64,000 nucleotides of DNA. It comes from Candidatus Poribacteria bacterium. GTDB lineage: Bacteria > Poribacteria > WGA-4E > GCA-2687025. A model generated the notes under the pieces. That model ran no database searches, was not told the DNA's origin, and saw nothing but the letters and a program-made list of their open reading frames with translations. Each line of letters begins with the position of its first letter. Within the stretch, counting starts at the first letter, position 1. This document shows, one piece after another, positions 48,730 through 57,242 of the stretch. The position numbers and the translations under genes were made by a program. The stretch spans positions 2,016,001 to 2,080,000 of the forward strand of contig OY762492.1 of assembly GCA_963665845.2 (NCBI GenBank). The letters run 5' to 3'.

Positions 48730-50675
48730 CGGCTGTCCATATCCGTAATATCCCAAAGAAGCGCTGTTCCGTCTGCGCTGCCGCTGAGGAGCGTTTTCCC
48801 GTCCGGCGAATAGGCGACCGAACTGACGCCGCTTCGATGCCCTTCGAGCGTTTTGAGCTGCGCGCCCGTTTCGACATCCCATATGCGAATGGTCCTGTCC
48901 CCCAAGCCGCCGCCGCTAGCAATCGTCTTCCCGTCCGGCGAGTAGGCGACAGCGCGGACGTTGGAAATATGCCCTTTGAGCGTTTTGAGCGGCGCGCCCG
49001 TTTCGACATCCCAAATCTGAACCGCATCATTGAATCCGCCGCTGGCAATCGTCTTCCCGTCCGGAGAAAAAGCGGCGCAAATAATATAGTCTACATCTTT
49101 ATGGATGGATTGGATAAGCGCGCCGGTGGCGGCGTCCCAAATATGGACGGCGCCCTTGTAGACGGGAAGCCCGCCCGCGCCCGCAATCGTTTTCCCGTCC
49201 GGAGAATAGGCGGCGAACGTATACTCGAACGCAAGATCGCTGGAAGCTATGTCTCCTTTGAGCCTCTTTAATAGCCCTGCGCCCCCGCCGAAGGAGTCCG
49301 CGTCCCAGACTCGAACCTCCTCGTCGGGTCCTGGGCTGACGAAGGTCTTGCCGCTTGGGGAATAGGCAACCGAGGCGATCCGCGCCTCGCTGCCTTCGAA
49401 CGATTGCAGCGCGCTTCCATCGGCGGCGTCCCAGAGGCGTATCCCGCCGTAGGAGTCCCCGCTGACAATGCGCGACCCGTCGGGCGAAAACGCGGCAGAC
49501 AGGACGTTGGGACCATGCCCTGTGAGCGTTTGAATTGCCTTGCCGGTTTCGGCGTCCCATATTCGAACGACATAGTCGCCGCCGCTGTTGCCATGCGCGC
49601 TGACGATCGTTTTTCCATCCGGCGAAAAAACGGCGGAATGGGGCATTGCCGTGAATCCGTCTATTCTTCGCACGATAGCGCCGAATTTAACGTTCCAAAT
49701 GCGTATCGGATCCGCGCCCCCTGCGCCCGCCATAAAATGCCCGTCCGGCGAAAACGCGATCGTTTCTGTCGAACTGCGATGCTCTTCAAACGGCGGAAGA
49801 GGTGCGCCCGAAATAGAGTTCCATAAACGCAATTCGTTTAACCCTCCGCTTGCGAGGCGTCTGCCGTCCGGCGAATACGCGACCGATTCTATCCAGTCTT
49901 CGTTCTCTGCAAGCCTTTTGATAAGCGTTCCCGTCGCCGCGTCCCAGACGCGTACCGTTTTATCCGATCCAGAACTCCCGCTGGCGAGCGTTTTGCCGTC
50001 CGGCGAGTAGGCGATGGAATAGATCATACTCATATGATCTCTAAGAGTCCGTATCGGTTCGCCCGTTTCAACGTCGTAGAGATATACGGCGTTCTCGCCG
50101 TTGAAAGAAAAGTCTGCGCATGCGAGCGTTTTGCCGTCCGGCGAGTAGGCGATGGCAACTATTCGGCTCATTTCCCCTTCAAGCGTCCGTATCGGTTCGC
50201 CCGTTTCGACGTTCCAGACGCGTACCTTTCCGTTGTCGCATCCGCTGGCGAGCGTTTTGCCGTCCGGCGAGTAGGCAACCGAAAAAATGCGAATGCTGTG
50301 GCCTGTAAGCGTCTTAAGCAGCGCGCCTGTTTGCGCGTCCCAGACGCATACGGTTGTGTCGAGGCTGCCGCTGGCGAGCGTTTTGCCGTCGGGCGAGTAA
50401 GCGACTGACATAACAGGCGCGGTGTGGGCTTGAAGCAGAGCGGTTTCAGCGCCTGTCCCCGCGTCGTAAATCCAAATGCCGAGGCTGCCGCCGGCCGCTA
50501 GGCTTCGGCTGTCGGGCGAGTAGGCGATCTGCTGGATAGAGCCTTTACCGAGTCGCATTTTGGCGCCGTCGGGCAGGTTCATCTGCGAGCCTTGCGCTTG
50601 AGCGTACGCCGCAAAGACGCTCAACGCCAGAACGCATGCGGCTGCCCAATAAACCTCATGTTTCCATTTGCTCAT
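48726..50675 (-). CDS. Secreted WD40-repeat protein (paralog of 17848-19797)
   Basis: Signal peptide ending AQA, LPDGAKMRLGKG and many AYSPDG repeats. Confidence 0.92.
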   Translation of the reverse strand: MSKWKHEVYWAAACVLALSVFAAYAQAQGSQMNLPDGAKMRLGKGSIQQIAYSPDSRSLAAGGSLGIWIYDAGTGAETALLQAHTAPVMSVAYSPDGKTLASGSLDTTVCVWDAQTGALLKTLTGHSIRIFSVAYSPDGKTLASGCDNGKVRVWNVETGEPIRTLEGEMSRIVAIAYSPDGKTLACADFSFNGENAVYLYDVETGEPIRTLRDHMSMIYSIAYSPDGKTLASGSSGSDKTVRVWDAATGTLIKRLAENEDWIESVAYSPDGRRLASGGLNELRLWNSISGAPLPPFEEHRSSTETIAFSPDGHFMAGAGGADPIRIWNVKFGAIVRRIDGFTAMPHSAVFSPDGKTIVSAHGNSGGDYVVRIWDAETGKAIQTLTGHGPNVLSAAFSPDGSRIVSGDSYGGIRLWDAADGSALQSFEGSEARIASVAYSPSGKTFVSPGPDEEVRVWDADSFGGGAGLLKRLKGDIASSDLAFEYTFAAYSPDGKTIAGAGGLPVYKGAVHIWDAATGALIQSIHKDVDYIICAAFSPDGKTIASGGFNDAVQIWDVETGAPLKTLKGHISNVRAVAYSPDGKTIASGGGLGDRTIRIWDVETGAQLKTLEGHRSGVSSVAYSPDGKTLLSGSADGTALLWDITDMDSR

Positions 50676-50706
50676 GCCGCCCTCCGACGATTTAAACACG
50701 TCTCTG

Positions 50707-50735
50707 ACGATAAGGCATGTTGCGCTGGGCGTCAA
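50707..50735 (-). promoter_or_regulatory. Putative sigma70 promoter of WD40 gene
   Basis: TTGACG-17bp-TATCGT. Confidence 0.6.
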
Positions 50736-50745
50736 GCCCGCCGGT

Positions 50746-50772
50746 CTGACCCCGCCCCTTGAGTTCGGACAT
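50746..50772. mobile_element. MITE family A solo TIR remnant
   Basis: CTGACCCCGCCCCTTGAGTTCGGACAT. Confidence 0.55.
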
Positions 50773-50980
50773 TTCTGAATGCGAATCCAGAGGCATCGCA
50801 GCCGCCGCGCGGCTAAAACCCCCCTAACCCCCTTTCAAGGAGGGAATCAGAGGCGCGCCTCTTTATCAAGGGGGAATGATGCGCGGTTGCGTTTCCGCTT
50901 CATTCGGCGTATGCTGTTTATGAAACGAAAGCCGGCGGCGCGCCGCGGGCAAATTGAACATCGCGATTTGGAGAGAATCA

Positions 50981-51775
50981 ATGAAACGCGGAATGATGGT
51001 ATGGGCGGCGCTGGCGGCGTTTGCGTTTGCGTTTGCGACAAGCGCGGCGGGGCAGGTGGTTCTGGACGGGCTTGTGGCTTACTGGCCGCTGGATCCCGCG
51101 AATTTTGACGGCAAAGATGCGCAGGATGTGATCGGAGAGAACCACGGCGTCGTGAACGGCGACGTCAAAGAGACCGCCGGCAGGGTCGGCGGAGCCGGCG
51201 AATTTGACGGCGAAAGCCCCATCGAGATCGAAGGTACCGACGCGCTCAACTTTGCCGGCAAAGACGCATTCAGCGTGTCCGCATGGGTGAACGCCGCGAG
51301 CGACAACCCTGTCGTCGGCGTGGTGGCGAACTGCTGCGGAACGATTGTCGCCCAAAGAGACGCTAGCGGTTGGGCTTTGCGTTACGACGGACGCAACGCC
51401 GGTCAGGAGTATGAGTTGATCATCAACGCCGGCGGATGGCAGGGCGACGGCGGCTTCGGCGTTGAACTGGAGGTGAGCGTCTGGCGCCATTTGACAGGGA
51501 CGCTGGGCGACGGCGTCATGAAGCTGTATCTGGACGGCGAATTTCAAAAGGAGATGAATGTTGCCGCCCCCATCGGAAGCAACAGCCCTGAAACGGAGAT
51601 CGGAAACGCCGCGGCGGACGGCGGCTTCGTCGGCAAAATCGATGAGGTGATGATCTACAACCGCGCGTTGGACGACGATGAGGTGAGGTTGAACTTCAAC
51701 GCGGAAGGGTTGAGCGTCGACGCGGCGGGCAAGGCGGCGGCGCGCTGGGCGGAGCTGAAAACTGCCCTGCATTAA
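50981..51775 (+). CDS. Secreted LamG-like jellyroll protein
   Basis: Signal peptide, GLVAYWPLD, FSVSAWV, WRHL, LYLDG and GKIDEVMIYNRAL; ends SVDAAGKAAARWAELK. Confidence 0.9.
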   Translation: MKRGMMVWAALAAFAFAFATSAAGQVVLDGLVAYWPLDPANFDGKDAQDVIGENHGVVNGDVKETAGRVGGAGEFDGESPIEIEGTDALNFAGKDAFSVSAWVNAASDNPVVGVVANCCGTIVAQRDASGWALRYDGRNAGQEYELIINAGGWQGDGGFGVELEVSVWRHLTGTLGDGVMKLYLDGEFQKEMNVAAPIGSNSPETEIGNAAADGGFVGKIDEVMIYNRALDDDEVRLNFNAEGLSVDAAGKAAARWAELKTALH

Positions 51776-51800
51776 ACATGTCAGGACGGGATGAAAGAAG

Positions 51801-53132
51801 ATGCCGATTATCCGACCAAGGCTGGTGGTGGAGCTTTACGAAGGCTGGGCGTTCAGCGGGCGCAAGGCGGTCGTCGTTGAAAACGCGGTGAGCCGCGCCG
51901 ACATGGGAATGCACGGCAGAATCTTTTCAGCGCGCGTCTTCGAGGGTCCAGGGTTTGAAACCTCTCCAAATCAAAAAGCGGTCTTCTACGACCGAGACCG
52001 ATACCGCGGCAACCGCTTGGCGTTAGCCCCAGGCTTCTATCCGAACATCCAGGACCTGGCGCGCCGCTTCGGTTCCCCCGAATCGATACGTTTTGAGGCG
52101 GAAAGCGAATCGGCAGGTCCCCAATGGGGAAGCATACCGATTGTGATCGAGACCTATAACTGGCCCAACTTCGGCGGACGGCGCCAAACCGTTGTGCGCG
52201 ACATACCCAACACGCGCGAAATCGGGCAGGAAAACACGATCTCCTCCATCAAGCTCTACAAGGGTCCCAATTTCCCGCGCAAAGGCTGCCGCGTCACCTT
52301 TTATTCAGAGCCGAACTTCGCCGGTCTGCGCATGCCGATTGAGATGCGTTCAACAGAACCTTACAAAGAGTTTCCGAGCCTAGACGATCTGCCGCATTCC
52401 ATCGGCAACGACATCTCCTCCATCGACATCGCCTGCTGGTCGGACCGCTCCGAGTTCACCGTCGAGACGTTCAAGGACGAGTTTCAGAACGGACTTGGGC
52501 GGGGCTGGCGCTGGCGAGACCCCGAAGGCGGCGACTGGAACATGCGCCACGGCGTCCTCACCTTTTCAGCAAAAAAAGGGCAGGACCTGACCTATGAAGC
52601 GGAACACAACGCCCCGCGCGTCTATCAATACACCCGCGGCGACTTTGCCATCGAGACGATGCTGCCGCTGTCGGCGGGCGGGCTGGAGCATGGCGGGCTG
52701 TATATCCGCAAGGATGAAAACCGATGCGTACGCCTAGAAAAAACCTGCCGCCCCCATGACTTCCACGGCGATGTCATGTTTCAACGGCATGACTGGCGCT
52801 TCACCCGCCTTCTAGGGCGCTCCGCCATGCAGGACGCAAAGCAAACCTTTCTCCGCTTAGAGCGCAAGGGCGATGTCATAACCGCCCATGCCAGCCCCGA
52901 CGGAGAATTATGGGAGCAGTGCGGCGAAACGGTCATGGGAATGTCGGACCCTGTCGAATACGGGATGATGGCGTCCGCGCCTGAAGAGACGCCGGACACG
53001 ACGATTCAGTTCGCTTATTTAAAATCGGATCGACGCAAACGGGATGTTCGAGACTTTCAAAGATACATGGCGCGGAGGGACCGGCGGCGGAATTCGCCGA
53101 GGGTTCGCCGAACGGTGCGGACTCTGCGTTAA
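51801..53132 (+). CDS. Beta/gamma-crystallin-like repeats plus ConA-like (DUF1349/beta-xylosidase C-terminal-like) domain
   Basis: Y..PNF.G and NDISSI crystallin motifs; NAPRVY..GDFAIET, GGLYI and LRLERKGD..SPDG..W. Confidence 0.7.
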   Translation: MPIIRPRLVVELYEGWAFSGRKAVVVENAVSRADMGMHGRIFSARVFEGPGFETSPNQKAVFYDRDRYRGNRLALAPGFYPNIQDLARRFGSPESIRFEAESESAGPQWGSIPIVIETYNWPNFGGRRQTVVRDIPNTREIGQENTISSIKLYKGPNFPRKGCRVTFYSEPNFAGLRMPIEMRSTEPYKEFPSLDDLPHSIGNDISSIDIACWSDRSEFTVETFKDEFQNGLGRGWRWRDPEGGDWNMRHGVLTFSAKKGQDLTYEAEHNAPRVYQYTRGDFAIETMLPLSAGGLEHGGLYIRKDENRCVRLEKTCRPHDFHGDVMFQRHDWRFTRLLGRSAMQDAKQTFLRLERKGDVITAHASPDGELWEQCGETVMGMSDPVEYGMMASAPEETPDTTIQFAYLKSDRRKRDVRDFQRYMARRDRRRNSPRVRRTVRTLR

Positions 53133-54042
53133 AACGGCGCTGCTCATCTGCGCTTTATGGACGGCGCCCGATGCGGCAGCCGACACCATCGCCTTCGCCT
53201 CCGACCGTTCAGGCGGATGGGCGTTATACGGCATCAACCTGAACGGCGGACCGGCGCGGCTCATCATCGACACGGACGGCTCCGACTTTCACCCGTCCTG
53301 GTCGCCGGACGGAACGCGGCTCGCCTTTTTTTCTTCTATAGGGGCGACAGCGAACCTTTACACAATCCGCGCGGACGGCTCCGATCTCCAACAGATCACC
53401 TTCGGAGAATGGATCGACAAGGCGCCTGCATGGTCGCCGGACGGAGAATGGATCGCCTTCAGCTCCGACCGCGCCGGCGGGTTCGACCTGTATCTCGTAC
53501 GCCCGGACGGGACGGATACGCGCCGCCTGACGAATCATCCAGAAGACGACAAGCTGCCGGCATGGTCGCCGGACGGAACGCGGCTCGCCTTCGCAACCGT
53601 ACGGGGCGGCAACACAGACATTCGCCTTTTCAATATAGAGACCCGCGCGGAAACCCGCTTGACCGACCATGCGCGGTACGACTGCTACCCGTCCTGGTCG
53701 CCGGACGGGGAGAGCCTCGCGTTCGCTTCAGACCGAGACGGCGATTTCGACATCTACCGCCTCAACCTAAAGACAAAAGAGACCGCCTTGTTAACAAAGA
53801 ACGATCTGGACGACGCCTTTCCGTCCTGGTCGCCGGACGGCTCCAAGATCGTTTATCAGACCGAGACGGAGGAGGGAAACTGGGCGGTGGCGCGGATGAA
53901 CGCCGACGGCTCGAATGTTGAGCGTTTGACCCGTTCAGACGGCTGGGACACGAAGCCTGTCTGGCGCCCGGGCGTTTTGTCAGCGGATTTACAGCGGCAT
54001 AAGCCGTTTTACTGGGCGCTGTTGAAGCGCCGCGCCGATTAA
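53044..54042 (+). CDS. Secreted PD40/TolB-like beta-propeller (start uncertain)
   Basis: IAFASDR, five P[SA]WSPDG repeats; divergent tail SADLQRHKPFYWALLK. Confidence 0.85.
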   Translation: MFETFKDTWRGGTGGGIRRGFAERCGLCVKTALLICALWTAPDAAADTIAFASDRSGGWALYGINLNGGPARLIIDTDGSDFHPSWSPDGTRLAFFSSIGATANLYTIRADGSDLQQITFGEWIDKAPAWSPDGEWIAFSSDRAGGFDLYLVRPDGTDTRRLTNHPEDDKLPAWSPDGTRLAFATVRGGNTDIRLFNIETRAETRLTDHARYDCYPSWSPDGESLAFASDRDGDFDIYRLNLKTKETALLTKNDLDDAFPSWSPDGSKIVYQTETEEGNWAVARMNADGSNVERLTRSDGWDTKPVWRPGVLSADLQRHKPFYWALLKRRAD

Positions 54043-54096
54043 TATGATAACGTTAGGCGTTGCAAACATTTCAACAATGCAGGAGTAAAGCAGAAA

Positions 54097-54774
54097 ATGA
54101 AACGACTAATATGCGTTGCCGCTCTCGGCGCGGCTGCTGTCCTGGCGCAGGCGGCGGATGTGGCGCTCGAGGCGGAACTGGGCGATCTGGAGGAGCCGAT
54201 GGTCATCGCCGTTCCAGCCGACGCGGCGGCAGAAGGCGGACACGAACCGGATGAACCGTCGCGCGGCAAATTCGTCTGGGTAGCCGGACCGCCGGCCTCC
54301 GGCGGAAACGACCATGTCGGCTGGGTCTCGTTTGATTTCAGCGTCGCGGCGGCGGGCGAATACGCTGTATGGGGGCGCATCGTCGCCTGGGACGGCAACA
54401 GCGACTCCTTCTGGGTGAAAATCGAAGGCGCCGACCCTGACGAGCAGCCCCAAGAATCGCAGAACACCCACTTCCGATGGAGTACCTCGAAAAACAACAA
54501 CTGGCATTGGGACCGCGTCAACCAGTGGCTGGACGGCGGAACGTTCGCTCGAGTCTGGGAACTGGCGGCGGGCGATCACACGCTGATCATTTACTCGCGC
54601 GAATCGGCGGCGATGCTGGACACCGTCTTCATCACCGACAACCTGTCCGAAAACGAAGCGGATGTGCCGCTGCGAACGCCGACCGACGAAGATGTCGCAA
54701 TTCAGACGGGTCAACCGACCAATGTGGAGCCGAAAGGCAAGCTCGCGGCGGTCTGGGCGGAACTAAAACGGTAA
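54097..54774 (+). CDS. Secreted CBM-like (galactose-binding-fold) protein, paralog 1
   Basis: Signal peptide, LEAE, GEYAVWGR, NSDSFW and HTL..RE...LD; ends VEPKGKLAAVWAELKR. Confidence 0.75.
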   Translation: MKRLICVAALGAAAVLAQAADVALEAELGDLEEPMVIAVPADAAAEGGHEPDEPSRGKFVWVAGPPASGGNDHVGWVSFDFSVAAAGEYAVWGRIVAWDGNSDSFWVKIEGADPDEQPQESQNTHFRWSTSKNNNWHWDRVNQWLDGGTFARVWELAAGDHTLIIYSRESAAMLDTVFITDNLSENEADVPLRTPTDEDVAIQTGQPTNVEPKGKLAAVWAELKR

Positions 54775-54813
54775 ACTTGAGCGCGTTGAGAACCTCGCAT
54801 GAAAGGAATAAAG

Positions 54814-55515
54814 ATGAGAATGCTGCATTATGGAGCTTTGGCGGCGGCCGCGCTATGCCTCTGCCTCGCGGCGGCGCAAGCGGACGAGATCGCGCTAGAA
54901 GCGGAGCTGTCGCTTGAAATTGAAGAACCGATGGTCATCGCCGTCCCAGACGACATTGAGGAGCATGGCGGACCGAAACCGAATGAACCGTCCAACGGAA
55001 AGTTTATCTGGCGGCCAGGTCCGCCCGCGTCGGGCGGCGGCGACCATGAAGGTTCCGCGCGGTTCACATTTCCCATCAAAGATGCCGGAACCTATCGGAT
55101 CTTCGGGCATGTGGTCGCTTGGGACGGCAACAGCGACTCGTTCTGGTTCGCCGTTTATCAGGACGGAAACGGCGAGGCAGACCAGGACATGGAGCCGAAC
55201 GCGACGCAGGACACGAATTACCGTTGGAGCGTCTCGAAAGGCAACAACTGGCACTGGGACCGCGTCAACCACTGGCTGGACGGCGGCACCTTTGAGCGCA
55301 TGTGGGAGCTGGAGGAAGGATTGGTCACCATCGCCGTATGGAACCGCGAATCGGCGACGATGCTGGACGCGCTCTACATCACAGACGATGAGCAAGCCGT
55401 CACAGGCGTTCTCCCGACCGACGCGGACAGGGAACGGCAGCGGAGCAACTTCAACCTGAGCGTCGATCCGAGCGGGAAGTTGACGTCCACATGGGCGACT
55501 CTCAAAACGCGCTGA
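54814..55515 (+). CDS. Secreted CBM-like protein, paralog 2
   Basis: Same motifs; ends SVDPSGKLTSTWATLKTR. Confidence 0.75.
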   Translation: MRMLHYGALAAAALCLCLAAAQADEIALEAELSLEIEEPMVIAVPDDIEEHGGPKPNEPSNGKFIWRPGPPASGGGDHEGSARFTFPIKDAGTYRIFGHVVAWDGNSDSFWFAVYQDGNGEADQDMEPNATQDTNYRWSVSKGNNWHWDRVNHWLDGGTFERMWELEEGLVTIAVWNRESATMLDALYITDDEQAVTGVLPTDADRERQRSNFNLSVDPSGKLTSTWATLKTR

Positions 55516-55541
55516 CGGGTCATAATTGGGAAGGATGAACC

Positions 55542-56243
55542 ATGCGCATGTTGTCGATCGGCGCATTCGCGGCGGCTCTTTCGTTCGCCTTCTTGTCAGC
55601 CGACGGCGCCGAGTTGGCGCTGGAGGCGGAGCTGGCGCAGACGATCGTCCGTCCAATGCAGGCGGCGGTTCCGGAAAGCGCTGTCAACAGAGGCGGACCG
55701 AAGCCTAAGAACCCGTCGAACGGAAAATTTATCTGGGCGCCGGGCGCTCCAAATCAGAACGGCGGCAACTCCGGCTATGCGCGTTTCACCGTTCCGATTG
55801 AAAACAAAGGCTCCTATAGGCTGTTCGGCCATGTGATCGCCTGGGACAACCGCAGCGACACGTTCTGGGTGACCATATGGCAGGACGGCAACCGCAAAGC
55901 CGACCAGGACCGAAACCCGCAGCGATCCAGGAACCGAGAATACCAGTGGAGGCTGCGCCCCAGAAGCCCCTCGTGGGTTTGGGACCGCGTCGATCAACGG
56001 CTCGCCGCCGGCGGCAGGATGGACCGCGTCTGGGAGCTGAAAGAGGGGTTGGCGGTCATCACGGTCTGGACGAACGAAAACGCCGCGATGCTGGACGCGC
56101 TTTACCTGACCGACGATGCGACGGCGAGGACGGGCAGACTTCCAACCAAACAAGAACGCGATCTGCAGAGCCGAAACTTCGACCTCGGCGTCGACCCGAA
56201 AGGCAAACTGGCGTCCGCATGGGGGCAAATGAAGGCGCGTTAA
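55542..56243 (+). CDS. Secreted CBM-like protein, paralog 3 (basic)
   Basis: Same scaffold, Arg/Lys-rich; ends GVDPKGKLASAWGQMKAR. Confidence 0.75.
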   Translation: MRMLSIGAFAAALSFAFLSADGAELALEAELAQTIVRPMQAAVPESAVNRGGPKPKNPSNGKFIWAPGAPNQNGGNSGYARFTVPIENKGSYRLFGHVIAWDNRSDTFWVTIWQDGNRKADQDRNPQRSRNREYQWRLRPRSPSWVWDRVDQRLAAGGRMDRVWELKEGLAVITVWTNENAAMLDALYLTDDATARTGRLPTKQERDLQSRNFDLGVDPKGKLASAWGQMKAR

Positions 56244-56262
56244 ACCCGCTTTCAGCAAGCCT

Positions 56263-56949
56263 GTGAATAGATTCGTTCGGTTCAAGTTCTGGGTGAAGCG
56301 GCGCCGATGGCTTTACGCGCTCGCGTCATGCCCATGCCCCGCGCCGTATTGGGACGCCGAACTGCGCCGGCGGACGCGCGAATGGGGTCAAGAGGCGCGG
56401 GTCTTAGACCTCGGCTCGGGCGAACGCAAGCGCGCCCCGCATTTCATCAACCTAGAAATCAAGCCCGTCCCGAACGTGGATGTTGTTGGGGACGGGCATT
56501 CTCTTCCGTTCGCCGACGGGTCGTTCGATGCGGTCATCGCCGAAGCGGTGCTGGAGCATGTGCTTGACCCTGTCCGCGTCGCGGACGAGATAGATCGGAC
56601 GCTGGCGCCGGGGGGAGTCGTCTGCGCGGCGGTTCCGTTTTTACAGCCTTACCACCCCTCGCCGCTGGATCTGCAGCGGTGGACGCTGGAGGGGTTTGAG
56701 GCGCTCTTTTCGGAGTATGAGATACTCAAAAGCGGCTCATGCGTCGGACCGACGGCGGCGCTTCTTTGGGCGTTTCGAGAGTGGCTGGGGCTGCTGCTTT
56801 CGTTTGGAAACATCTGGGTTGCGAAGGCGGTCGGCTGGCTGTTCGGGTGGCTGCTCTCCCCGCTGCTGCTGCTCGATTACTGGCTCGTTCGCCGTCGGGA
56901 CGCGCATCGTCTTGCGGGCGCCGTGTATGTGATCGCGCGGAAGAGATAG
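56263..56949 (+). CDS. Class I SAM-dependent methyltransferase
   Basis: VLDLGSG, LPFADGSFD and AVLEHV. Confidence 0.88.
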   Translation: MNRFVRFKFWVKRRRWLYALASCPCPAPYWDAELRRRTREWGQEARVLDLGSGERKRAPHFINLEIKPVPNVDVVGDGHSLPFADGSFDAVIAEAVLEHVLDPVRVADEIDRTLAPGGVVCAAVPFLQPYHPSPLDLQRWTLEGFEALFSEYEILKSGSCVGPTAALLWAFREWLGLLLSFGNIWVAKAVGWLFGWLLSPLLLLDYWLVRRRDAHRLAGAVYVIARKR

Positions 56950-56960
56950 CCGTTCCTTGC

Positions 56961-57173
56961 TGTCATTCCCGCGCAAGCGGGAATCCAGAGGCGCGCCCAA
57001 CGCTTCGCATTCTCCATCTGCGCCGTTTCCCCGGATCGTCATTCCCGCGTAAGCGGGAATCTAGAGGCGCCGCCAACCAAACCGTCATTCCCGCGTAAGC
57101 GGGAATCCAGAGTCTACCCCGAAACCGTCCGCGTTCACAACCAGAATTGTCCCAACTCTAAGGATGAGGTCAG
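56961..57173. repeat. Three ATTCCC-N8-GGGAAT palindromes plus partial MITE A
   Basis: Cores at 56965, 57041 and 57086; TIR ending GAGGTCAG at 57173. Confidence 0.85.
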
Positions 57174-57182
57174 CAGTCTGGT

Positions 57183-57211
57183 TTGACGAAGCCGCCGCTT
57201 CCGCCTATACT
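57183..57211 (+). promoter_or_regulatory. Putative sigma70 promoter of PPK2 gene
   Basis: TTGACG-17bp-TATACT. Confidence 0.75.
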
Positions 57212-57242
57212 TAAAGCGGGATGCCTGTTCAGTGGAGAATCT

